DNA from: Octopus vulgaris
Lineage: Eukaryota
Reading direction: 5' to 3'
Assembly: GCA_951406725.2 (NCBI GenBank)
Contig: OX597815.1
Coordinates: 191,332,001-191,396,000 of the forward strand
Length of the DNA: 64,000 nucleotides
In this document: positions 38,675 through 50,073 of the stretch, piece by piece
How positions within the stretch are numbered: the first letter of the stretch is position 1
Layout: each line of letters starts with the position of its first letter
Notes under the pieces: model-generated
Told to the model about the DNA's origin: nothing
The model's input: only the letters and a program-made list of their open reading frames with translations
Database searches by the model: none
Position numbers and translations under genes: made by a program

Positions 38675-40397
38675 CTGAAATTATTGAAATAAATTTAAAA
38701 ATTAACTTTACTGTTTTCCTTCATACCATCAGATCAATATCGTTGATTTTATTATTATTATTATCATCATCATTATAATGGCAGTGAGCCGGCAGAATCA
38801 TTAGCAGTATTTTGTCTGCCGTTACATTCTGAGTTCAAATTCTGCCATGGTCGACTTTGTTATCCTTTTGGGGTCGATAAATTTAAGTACCTATTTCTTT
38901 ACTACTCACAAGGGGCTAAACACAGAGAGGACAAACAATGACAGACAAATAGATTAAGTCGATTATATCAACCCCAGTGCGTAACTAGTACTTATTTAAT
39001 CGACCCCGAAAGGATGAAAGGCAAAGTCGACCTCGGCGGAATTTGAACTCAGAACGTAGTGGCAGACAAAATACCGCTCAGCATTTCGCCCGACGTGCTA
39101 ACGATTCTGCTAGCTCGCCGCCTTTTTTTTAAGTATTTTTAACTGTAGTATTGCGTGCCACCTAAATTTAAGTACCAGTTACGCACTGGGGTCGATGTAA
39201 TCGACTTAATGTCCTTGTTTGTCCCCTCTACGTTTAGCCCCTTGTGGGCAATAAAGAAATAAGTGTTTTGGGGGCTTTATACATGCCACCAGTCCAGGTG
39301 TGTTTGCAGAGCACTGGCAGGGGTGCTTTTTATGTGGCACTGGGACCTGAATGGACAAGACTGTATGTGAGGAAGACAGCGATTTTACTTAGATGATAAT
39401 ATAAATACTGATTTCAAATTTTGACACAAAGCCAGCAACTTCTTGGCAGGGAGCTCGTTGATTACATCAACCCCAGTGTTCATCATCATCATCGTTTAAT
39501 GCCCGTTTTCCATGTTGGCATGGGTTGGATGGTTTGACTGGGGACTGGCAAGCCAGGAGGCTGCACCAGGCTCCAGTCTGATCTGGCAGAGTTTCTACAG
39601 CTAGATGCCCTTCCTAACACCAACCACTCCGAGAGTGTAGTGGGTGTGGGTGCTTTTACATGCCACTGTCATGGGAGCCAGTCAGGTGGTACTGGCATCA
39701 GCCATGCTTGGATGGTGCTTTTTACATGCCACCAGCACAGCAGCCAGTCGGGGTGAGGAGGCTAGTATCAACCATGTTCGGATGGGGCTTTTTACGTGCC
39801 ACTGGCACGGGAAGCCAGTCAGGCAACACTGGCAACGACCCATGCATGAATGGTGCTTATTGCATGCAACCAGCATGGGAGCCAGTCAGGCAGCACTGGC
39901 AATGGCCACACTACAATTTCCATTTGATTGTGATTTGATTTGATTTTGATTTTGATTTCACTTGACTCAATAGATCTCCTCAAGCATGGCATGTCGCCCG
40001 ACAAACCAAATTGGTATTTATTTTATCATCTCTGAAAAGATGAAAAACAAAGTTGACTTTGGCGGAATTTGAACTCAAAACATAAATGCAGACGAAATGC
40101 TGCTAAGCATTTTACCTGGCATACTAATGATTCTGCCATTTTGCCACTTTAAACAATGATAAAACTATTAATGAAAAATGAATGAATCTTTTTTAATGTT
40201 AGGCTGGTCAAATGGAAGAATATGTTTTTCTAACCATCCTAGTTTACAAGATAGAAATAAAAGAGAATACTACAGTTAAAACTATGAAACTAATATTTGA
40301 AATTCCTTTTTACACAATTAAAATTCTAAAATAATATTTAAAATTTTACCAAACTTTAAAAAAAAATATATAAAATAAATAAAGTTATTGAATTTAC

Positions 40398-40463
40398 CTG
40401 TGGGAATGGATCTTTACTCAAATACCACAACCTCACAAATGAATCTTCTCCAGCAGATAATAC
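40398..40463 (-). CDS. WDR54: WDR54 exon 8 (VLSAGEDSFVRLWYLSKDPFPQ)
   Basis: WD-repeat SAGEDxFVxxW, canonical borders. Confidence 0.92.
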
Positions 40464-41836
40464 CTGAAAAAGAAATGGTCAGCTAATTAATGAAATGAAT
40501 TTAACAGCAATAACTAAATAAGTCACCAATGAGTTCTGAAAGGATTAGATCTGATTTCATAGCATTAAACAAATAAAAGATAGATTCTTATCAGTTTATT
40601 GTAAGTTTTTAATAAGTCCAATTCACATTCACCAAAAATGATGTAGACGCCTCTGATGAGAACTCAATAAGGTTCAAAAATCAATTAAGGTTGTTCATCA
40701 TTTTTTTGTGGTGCACCTGAGCACTATATACAATAATTACATTATATTTATATTATTAAAACTTATTCAACATCAATGGGAATTGTAGCTGTGATACCAG
40801 TGCTGGTGGCATGTAAAAAGCACCATCCGATCGTGGCCGTTGCCAGCCTCGCCTGGCCCCCGTGCCGGTGGCACGTAAAAAGCACCATCCGACCGTGGCC
40901 GTTTGCCAGCCCCGTCTGGCACCTGTGCCGGTGGCAAGTAAAAAGCACCCACTACACTCACGGAGTGGTTGGCATTAGGAAGGGCATCCAGCCGTAGAAA
41001 CATTGCCAGATCAGACTGGGCCTGGTGCAGCCTTCTGGCTTCCCAGACCCCAGTTGAACCGTCCAACCCATGCTAGCATGGAAAGTGGACGCTAAATGAT
41101 GATGATGATGATTTAGCCAAAGCTGAGCATATTCCTCTGCATCTTCAGTGCACACTGCAAGACCAGATGCATAATAGTTCTTACGTTGGAGTTAATTTCA
41201 GTAAGTGTTCAATAAGTTGTAGAACTGTGCAAGAGACCCAAACAGCATTATTGGAGAAACTCTCTCATATGTCAATTGCTACCTTTGGCTCTGACAACTC
41301 TTATTGCAAATAAGACTCTCAGAACATTTACTAAGTACCATAAATCTTCGAGTATAATCCTTTTTTCCCAAAATTTAAAGGTTAAAATACCTAGTGCGTA
41401 CTATATACGAGGTTAAAAGTGAAAAATATTTTCTAAGCAATGTCTGAGTGTCTATTTGCTGTCCGGCAATGTTTATTCAGACATTTTGTGATGTTGGTGC
41501 GAAAATACATTAAGCTAAGTCTAAAAGCAATGAAGTCATAAAAGAATCATCCATAACTTGCAGTAAGCAACATTTATTAAAATAAAAGTATTCGGAACAC
41601 AGAATAACATGTAACAAAAACAATTTGCAAACATATTTACATTCCCATATAACAGTTAAGAACATCACCATTATTGTATTACGCATGCGCGGAGGTGTGT
41701 CTTCGACTAGATGCTGCTGGATTAATTATGCACAACTCATTATTATTATTATTAACCAAAACATAAAACAGTGTAAGAATTCAATGGGAATAAATGCATA
41801 AAGAAATTTTTAAAAACTACATGTATAGCAACTCAC

Positions 41837-41999
41837 CAAGCCAGTTTTTGGTGCAATGTCAACAGCATTGATCCAGCGAGTATGAGCAGCTACTTCAGCA
41901 GCAAGTGCTCCAGTTTTGGCACAGAAAACCCTCAGGTGCCCCGAGCCATAGCCGCCAACTATGCACTCATTCCATATTGCAATAGTACTACAAGGACTC
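41837..41999 (-). CDS. WDR54: WDR54 exon 7 (SPCSTIAIWNECIVGGYGSGHLRVF...AHTRWINAVDIAPKTGL)
   Basis: TTTCAG| and TTG|GTGAGT borders, conserved GYGxG and AHxR. Confidence 0.92.
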
Positions 42000-42099
42000 C
42001 TGAAATATAGTAAAATACAAGAGGCTTTATTTTTATCAAGAACAAATATTTAAAGACAGATCTCTAAGAACCATTGAATATAACACAATTTGCATAGCT

Positions 42100-42656
42100 C
42101 CAGCCCATCCAAAGTACCTTGGATTGCAGAATGACCTGCTGTGCTTACCTTGGATCATAAGGTGACCTGCAGTGCTTGAGGAGACCTATTGAGTCAAGTA
42201 CATCAACATCAAAATTAAAATCAAATGGAAACTGTAGTTGCGATACCTGTGCCGGTGGCACGTAAAAAGCACCATCATTACATGGCCGATGCCTTGACTG
42301 GCTTCTGTGGTATGTAAAAAGCACAAACCGTAGCCGCTGCCAGCCTCCCCTGGCACGTAAAAAGCACCATCCGAACATGGCTGATGCCAGCGCCGCCTTG
42401 ACTGGCTTCTGTGCCGATGGTACGTAAAAAGCACCAATCGTAGCTGCTGCCAGTCTCCCCTGGCACCTGTGGCGGTGGCACGTAAAAAGCACCCACTACA
42501 CTCACGGAGTGGTTGGCATTAGGAAGGGCATCCAGCTGTAGGAACACTGCCAGATCAGACTGGAGCCTGGTGCAACCATCTGGTTTTCCAGACCCCGGTC
42601 GAACCGTCCAACCCGTGCTAGCATGGAAAACGGACATTAAACGATGATGATGATGA
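42100..42656 (+). mobile_element. Longest family B copy with several internal GTGGCACGTAAAAAGCACC repeats
   Basis: Extends 5' to GGAGACCTATTGAGTCAAGTACATC, which is shared with the 61545 copy. Ends in (GAT)n. Confidence 0.85.
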
Positions 42657-43194
42657 CAGCCAAATTTTTTCATGAAGCCTTAAAATATTAGTATGACCCC
42701 AATTTACTATTATGGTTGTGTGGACCCCAAAATTTTTTATACAGACCCCAGTTGAGGATCCATGGTCTAGCTCTTATTCTTATGTCAGTAATCACTTGTC
42801 TCTGTACAGTCTATGTAGAGCATTTACCAGTGAAAGAGTTAAGTTTTAACAGCCATCTGACAAACTCCATATTCCTGGTGAGTAAATCATTTATCTAGTT
42901 TGCATATCCATCTAACTTTCCTTGAGTTAATATTGCAAATAGTCAAGTCTTTTGCATCACAAAACTCCAAGAACCTTGATCCCACTTCATTCTGTGTACC
43001 ATAACAATAGCCTCCAAGTACATCAGATTAGCCATCATGGTGTTGCCAATAAAGTCACCAGCCATGATAATAAAGTCAATAAAGTACATTTCTACATTAC
43101 TGCATGTACTTTATATGCACTTTCTGACAAGTTGTGGTGCACCTGAGCACTGTATACAATAATTTCATTATTATATTATTATGTTATCTGTTAG

Positions 43195-43715
43195 AAGTAG
43201 CAGTCTGCAAGACAGCATCATAGAAAAATGGTCCTTTTGCTCGTCTGTCTCCTGACTGTGGTGCATATGCAGACATCACTGTTGCCAATGACTGAGTGTT
43301 GTCTAAGCTTAATTATTTGTTACTACTACATTCTACTGTATCTGACTGGCATAGTACTATCACCATAAACTGCTACAAAGGCAAAGAGCGTACACTAAAG
43401 AGAGGAGATTACATCAGCATCAAACTGAAAGGCCAGGTTATGAAAGTTACTAAAAGAGTTATAGTGTAACTGATTAAGAAAAGAATTAGCCTGGATGAAA
43501 TGCAGTTTAGCTTCGTGCCAGGTGGGGATACCACAGGTGCCATTCTTCTAGTACAAGAGAAGTACTTAGCCAGGAATAAGCTGCTGTACTTAGTACTTGT
43601 AAACCTGGGGAGCATCTTTGTCAGGGTTTTATCTTCTGTAATCTAACGGCTGATAAGGAAGTGCAGATGAATGGCTTGTGAGGGTCATATACAGAGGTGC
43701 AGTCAAAAAGTTAGC
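43195..43715. mobile_element. Decayed RTE LINE pieces in opposite orientations (endonuclease piece on -, RT piece on +)
   Basis: The - strand reads TVMSAYAPQSG. The + strand reads LDEMQFSFVPGGDTTGAILLVQEKYLARNKLLY. Confidence 0.55.
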
Positions 43716-43721
43716 AATGTG

Positions 43722-44020
43722 GAGGCACATGGCCTAGTGGTTAGAGCAGCGGACTCGCGGTCGAAGGATCGCGGGTTTGAATCTCAGACCGGGCAATGTG
43801 TGTGTTTATGAGCGAAACACTTAAGCTCCATGCGGCTCTGGCAGAAGGTAATGGCAAAACTTCTGCTGACTCTTTCGCCACAACTTTCTCTCACTCTTTC
43901 ATCCTGCATCTTGCAGCTCACCTGCGATGGACCAGCGTCCCATCCAGGTGGGGAACCTATACGCCAAGAAACTGGGAAACTGGCCCTTATGAGCCAGGCA
44001 TGGCTCGAGAAGGAACAAAC
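43722..44020 (+). mobile_element. tRNA-derived SINE (further family)
   Basis: TGGCCTAGTGGTTAGAGC A box and GGGTTTGAATCTC B box, followed by a non-tRNA body. Flanked by AAAAGTTAG.AATG on both sides (TSD-like). Confidence 0.7.
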
Positions 44021-44681
44021 AAAAGTTAGTAATGAGTAGATCAATGAAAATAACATTCATATTGTGGTCCATCAAGCCTTACCTCCCCTGACTCGCTCAT
44101 TTACGGTATTCTTTGCTTCTAAACTGAGATCAAAATATTTCGCTCTATTTTAGTGCAGCAGAAAGAAGCAAGACAGCATAGCACCAAGTTAATGGTGTTA
44201 GTAATATTTACTTTAATCACCTTTTCTTCTGAGTTTAAATCCTTCTCGGGTTGAACTCACCTGTCATTTTCAATGTTTGGAGACAATCCCATAGACAGTA
44301 TATGTCCCTTACAATAATTATCTCTGAACCAACATAAAAATCCAACAAGAGGATCTCCACATGGTCACTTAACTTGCTGGGAATAGTAGCCAAAGTCCCT
44401 GAAAATTACACCTTCCATCCAAACTTGAAACTAATATTTTACACCTGGTTAAATCAGTAAAACCCTAGAGTAGATGTCTCTTTTCACTCTTGTCCAGTAC
44501 CTCATAGTTTCAAATACAAATTCTCCTGTGATTATCAACTCGTCCTTTCATATTGATAGTATTAATAAAATACATCATACCACGGATCATATACTGGGAA
44601 GATGATTCAATCAGTTATATTAGTATTTACCTTAGAAAATCAGCTTTGAAACGAGTTAATAGAAATCAATAATTTACGTAC

Positions 44682-44817
44682 CTGTAACCTGGGATTCTAA
44701 ACATAGGCACAAAAACATCATTAGTCGACAGCTTCCATAAGAAAATGTTTCCCTCCATATCACAACTAGCCATAAGATTATCTGCTGCAGTCAAACAACA
44801 AATGCCAGCCTTGTGTT
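44682..44817 (-). CDS. WDR54: WDR54 exon 6 (EHKAGICCLTAADNLMASCDMEGNIFLWKL...RIPGY)
   Basis: TTTTCAG| and AG|GTACGT borders, WD-repeat pattern, phase fits. Confidence 0.9.
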
Positions 44818-45082
44818 CTGAAAACAGATGAGATTATTTTAGTAAAGACAAATACAAGGTTTATTTGAGATCGATGATTATTGAGATGTTTCAAAATATT
44901 GTGCCAGGGCAACATAAAAAAGCACCCATGCTGGTGCCGCATACAAGGTGCCTGTGCCAACACTGTGTACAAATGCATCCAAAAAGCACCCAGTACAATC
45001 TGTAAGTGGTGGGCATTAGGCAGGGCATCCAGCTGTAGAAACAATGCTGAAGGAAAATACTGTTACATGTGAGGTGTTCATA

Positions 45083-45083
45083 A

Positions 45084-45125
<42 letters not shown>

Positions 45126-46620
45126 TGTGTACAGTGCTCAGGTGCACTACAACTCATCTAAAGTGTATATATAATCAGGTGAAGTTTCGGCGGATTTCGG
45201 GAAGCATGAGGGTCTTAAAAGATGCAGTGTCATGGCAGTCAACAACTGACGCAGGCAGTTTATTCCATGCTTCAGCAACTCTGAGCGTGAAAAAATGTTT
45301 CCGAAAGTCATGGGAGCTGTGTTGTTTTCTGACTTTGTAGGCATGTCCACGTGTGTTAGACACATGGAGATCAAAAAGGTGTTCAGTGTTGTTGTTGGTG
45401 AGGTGGTTGATAACTTTGTGGGTGTTTACCAAGTCCGTCGCCAAACGCCGGAGCTTCAGTGAATCCATGCCCAGGGAAACAAGGCGCTCAGAATATGGTA
45501 GGTGTCTGATGGAGGGTATGCGTTTGGTTGCACGTCTCTGGACAGATTCCAGGAGGTCAATGTTCTGTGCAAGATAGGGGTTCCAAACTGATGATGCGAA
45601 TTCCAAGTGTGGTCGTACCATAGCTGTATACAGTTTTAAATAGATGGCTGGAGAGCGGCTAACAAAAGACCTGCTGAGTGATGCCAAGACACCCTCGGCC
45701 TTCCTGACAATCTTAGAGATATGCTTTGACCAACGCAAATCACTGCTGACAGTGATGCCTAGGTCACGCTCGCAAGAGGATTTCTTGATATCAGTGTTGT
45801 GGAGGGAGTATGTGAACGCAGGGTTTTTTCTCCCAAAATGCATGGTGGTACACTTGTCCACAGCCAGTTTCAGTTGCCAGTCTGTGATCCATTGCTGCAT
45901 TGTGTCTAGGTCTGATTGCAGGAAAGAGTTGTAGACATCAGGATCTGTCCTCTTGATTTCAAGGTACAGCTTGATGTCGTCTGCATATTTCAATACTGTG
46001 GCATTCTTTAAATTGGCATCTATGTCGTTAATGTATGCCACAAACAAGAGGGGGCCAAGGACAGATCCCTGTGGTACACCCGATGACATCTCATATGGTG
46101 TAGAGTGCTGTCCTAGAACTGTGACTACCTCCTTTCGGCTGAGGATGAAGGATTTCAACCAGTTAAAAAGGTCATCCCCCACACCCATTGCAGAGAGTTT
46201 CACCATAAGCCTTTTGTGTGGCACAGAGTTGAAAGCCTTAGCAAAGTCAAGGTAGACAACATCCACCCATGAGCCACTGTCAGTAATCTGAGTAATGTCC
46301 TCAAGGAACTCGACAAGCTGGTCACTGCAGCTGGAGTTAGGGACAAATCCATATTGTGAGGGTCGGATGAGACTGTGAGAGCTCCAGAAGTTCCAGAGTG
46401 TTTCTCTGACACACGATTCCATCAGTTTTGCAATACAGCTAGTGAGACTGACTGGGCGATAGTTGACAGGTGATGTGCAGTCGCCCTTTTTGAACAGAGG
46501 AATGACACTGGCAGTTTTCCACTGCTCCGGAGTAGCACCATTGTTGAGACAGTACTGGAAGAAAATAGAAAGCTGGTGTAAAAGGAAGTGCCTGCCACGT
46601 TTGAGAAGCAGGTACGGTGG
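45083..46620 (-). mobile_element. 5'-truncated CR1-clade LINE with an uninterrupted reverse transcriptase frame, in a WDR54 intron
   Basis: WKTASVIPLFKKG, NYRPVSLTS, QYGF, YLDFAKAFNSVPH, SGVPQGSVLGPLLF, YADD, RPHLEFASSVWNP, ESVQRRATK. 3' UTR with (TAT)n tail. No endonuclease or ORF1 present. Confidence 0.93.
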
Positions 46621-47608
46621 TTGAATATAAATGACAAACAACACTCACAAACAATTAACTTTATTTACTGCACCTGGTATTTTCTGTGTTGGTCTTTGGA
46701 TGAAGAATGCAAACAACAATATATACACTCTAAGAGAGACAAACTCTGGTGGCTACAACATAGCTGGCCTGTATAGGTCTGTGACTAGGCCATCACAGTA
46801 GGAGAAATACCGTGCTAAATTCAGGGTGAATCTGTACCTTCTTTCAGCACAACTGGAGAATCATCATCATCATTGTTTAACATCTGCTTTCCATGCTGGC
46901 AAGGGTTGGACGGTCTGACTGAGGACTGGAGAGCCAGAAGGCTGCACCAGGCTTCAATCTTGATTTGGCAGAGTTTCTACAGCTTGATGCCCTTCCTAAT
47001 GCCAACCACTTTGAGAGTGTAGTGGGTGCTTTTACGTGCCACCGGCACGAGGGGCCAGTCTGACAGTACTGGCAACGGCCACGCTCAAATGATGTGTTTT
47101 ACATGCCACCTGCACAAGAGTCAGTCCAGCGGCACTGGGTCAGTCCAATGGCACTGGAATCCGGAATTACCATCACAACAACTTTGACATTCTGAGGTGA
47201 GTGCCAAAATTTTGTCTTTATATAAGCCTCATTCGAAGGGTCTAACAAGTTGAATCATGATGGCCCAATGCCAATCAATGAGTTAATCAACCAATCACAT
47301 GAAACAATTGTGACTAAGCTGTGATGCTTACTCCACTATTTAGCAATTTGGTTTTCAATTTACTGTTGTACTAATTCTACAAATCTCCGATTTACGAAAG
47401 AAATAATAAATATTTGCTATTTAAAACAGTTGCATGCGAAGTTAAAATGTAACATCTTCCAATACACCCAACTTGTATGGGGTTACAAGACACAGAACAA
47501 ACTTTCTTACTTCAATGGTTAGTTTTGAAGAAGGTTAATCAGTAAGGACAAGCCCAGCACTTTTTTTCAACTCAAACATGACATCCGATAGTTTCAATGA
47601 ATACATAC

Positions 47609-47686
47609 CTGATATTTTTCCTGAATAAGTGATTGTCTTTCCCTTCAGAGGAACTTTGAAGTACAGAATTTCTCCTGTATGTGAAC
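47609..47686 (-). CDS. WDR54: WDR54 exon 5 (GSHTGEILYFKVPLKGKTITYSGKIS)
   Basis: CATAG| and G|GTATGT borders, phase fits. Confidence 0.9.
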
Positions 47687-48211
47687 CTATGGAAAACAAA
47701 TTCGAACCAGTTATGATTGAATACAAGTTATTTTTCTTTAAAACATACAGAATACAGACTCAGCAGTTATTGGTAATGTCGCTCTTACTGAGTATCTCTA
47801 GCCCAGTACCATAGAAACAGTTTGCTGAGCAACTAAGAATGGCTTGTAAGTTCAATACAACAAAACATGTATACATATATATATATATATATATATATGA
47901 ATTGACAGAATGAGATAAAAAAATCCAAGGCTGTGAATAGTTTTCAGAATATTTATAAAGAGAAGGCCTTACAGCTGCTTCTGGGGTATCTTATATATCC
48001 CTTCATCAGAGACGGTGCGAGAAAATGTTTGAGTAATAATTATTGACAAGTGACACCTGTTGCACCTTTTCAGGTAATGTTGATCTGATGGAGCAAGTGA
48101 GCTTATGTGTACACAAAAATTTGATCACTATGAACAAATCATATGCGATTGTTCGGTAAGAAATTGTCAAACCTTCGTACGTCGTCTAATGACAGGAGAG
48201 TCCATCATCAT

Positions 48212-48276
<65 letters not shown>

Positions 48277-48474
48277 AGTGAGGCTTCAGTATTAAAGGAA
48301 GAAGTTACTATGATTATAGTTCCATTTGAATGATTAAAGTTGGATATTTGGAAGGAAAACAGGGAAAGACTAATTAAATTTACAGCAATGGGTCTTGGAG
48401 ACAAGAGAAGTAACAAAGTCCCCTTTGAGGGTGTTTAGAAGCAGAGACAGAAAGATACAACTGAAACAACTTAC

Positions 48475-48531
48475 CTACACATACAAAATTTGAGCCAACA
48501 GCAGCAATACCTCTCATGTACATGCTTGTAC
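48475..48531 (-). CDS. WDR54: WDR54 exon 4 (TSMYMRGIAAVGSNFVCV)
   Basis: RGIAA...FxCVG motif, TTCTAG| and G|GTAAGT borders. Confidence 0.92.
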
Positions 48532-48949
48532 CTAGAAATTAAAAAATTAGAGATGTAATTTTTTTTTTTTTTTATGGAGAATTGTATGAGATACAGCAGT
48601 AGCAATTTTTAGATATCACTTTTTGGCAGTCATTCTATTCTACTGACACCATATTGTATTGTTTTAGGACACCATATTCTATTATCTTCAGTGTAGCAAT
48701 CTGAAAAATAATGCTCACAGCCGAGTGATTGATGTTCATCATCATCATTTAACATCTGTTTTCCATGCAGGCATGGGTTGGACCTTTTCGACTGGAACTG
48801 GCCAGCTGCAGGCTGCACCAGAATCCATTTGTCTGTTTTGATATGGTTTCTATGGTGGATGTCCTTCCTAATACCAACCACTTTATATAGTGTACTGGGT
48901 GCTTTTTACGTGGCTCTAGTATGGGTGTTTTTTAAGTGGGCCTTCCCCA

Positions 48950-49272
48950 AGTCCAGACATGGACTTTTCTATCTGGTCCATCTTAGAGAGTAATGTTTCT
49001 GCTCGCTCCTGTTCAAATTTGTCAGAACTGAAGAAAGCCCTTCTGTCTTCATGGGTCAAGTTGGATGAAAAGGTGGCACTGCACTCATGCATCTCAGTGA
49101 CCACTCGTTTGCAGGCTATGATCAAGGCGAAAGGTGGTCATTTTGAAATGTAATTACTGCAATGGATTGATAATTTACATTAGAATATGTGTCCCAAATT
49201 TCATTATCCTACCTTAATTTCATTTTCAATAATTAAGAAATATCAATGGGTAGATCTTTCTGGGACACCCTG
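48950..49272 (+). mobile_element. Tc1-family transposon 3' remnant
   Basis: MDFSIWSILESNV...LSELKKALLSSW...RLQAMIKAKGGHFE C-terminus, then TIR-like GGGACACCCTG followed by TA. Confidence 0.7.
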
Positions 49273-50012
49273 TATACAAATGGCAGTTGTTTACTTCCCA
49301 CTATTTCCATTGTTATTGAGGATTGAAGGAGGCAGTTGTTTTTTCCATTCCACAAAGTTGTCCTCATCTCACTTATTAAGGTACCAGCTTCATAGGGAAG
49401 AAACTTTTTCTTTAATATTTTCACAATTTCATGGTGAAATAACAAAAGTACTTTCCTTATTCTTCTCAAGGTTAACCTTTCCCCGCATACTCTTCGATTT
49501 GCTGGGGTTAACATAGATCCCTCTCATGATATTTATTCTAATAATTTATTTGTGACATCCCTAAAGCAAGTAATGCTATCTCTAGTTTTAAAAGATGCTT
49601 ACAAATTTAAATATTCTGACAATTAATTCACAAAGAAAAAGTCCAATATCATCATCATCAACATTTATTGTCTGTTTTCCATGCTGGCATGTGTTTGAGT
49701 AGTTTGACAGAAGCTGGCAAGCCAAAGGACTACACAAAGCTTCCCTGTCTGTTCTGGTATGGTTTTTACAGCAGGATACCCTTCCTAATGCCAAGCCACA
49801 ACCAATCATTTGTTTTTCACTATGTCACAAAACATCAACAACCCAATTCCATGTCACCCAAAAGAATATTCAATTTTATTACATTTTGTGCCAGTTTTAT
49901 TACTTTCTTAGAACATACAGATCAATTTTAAATACTTAAAAATATTATAATTTCTACTTGTCCTTTTTTTTTTTTTTGACATAGTTTCATTAATAAAAGA
50001 AACGTAACTTAC

Positions 50013-50073
50013 ATTCACTTTCATCTGCAGTTAAGTTATGCCAAAACAATAAGGTTCCATCAGGTTCAAAGAA
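50013..50073 (-). CDS. WDR54: WDR54 exon 3 (FFEPDGTLLFWHNLTADESE)
   Basis: TTCCAG| and |GTAAGT borders, ExxG...WH motif. Confidence 0.9.

Noticed and set aside
42240-42500. CRISPR-like repeat-spacer pattern (GTGGCACGTAAAAAGCACC with intervening sequence)
   Set aside because: Spacers are related to each other, the array is internal to a dispersed eukaryotic retro-repeat, and there are no cas genes.
43722-43800. tRNA gene candidate (also the heads of SINE families A, C and D)
   Set aside because: A and B boxes are present, but there is no acceptor-stem pairing and the sequence runs directly into a SINE body.
45175-46644. Stand-alone reverse transcriptase as a domesticated gene or retron-like system
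   Set aside because: It has a CR1 3' UTR and tail, sibling fragments, 5' truncation and no genuine start codon, so it is an ordinary LINE copy.
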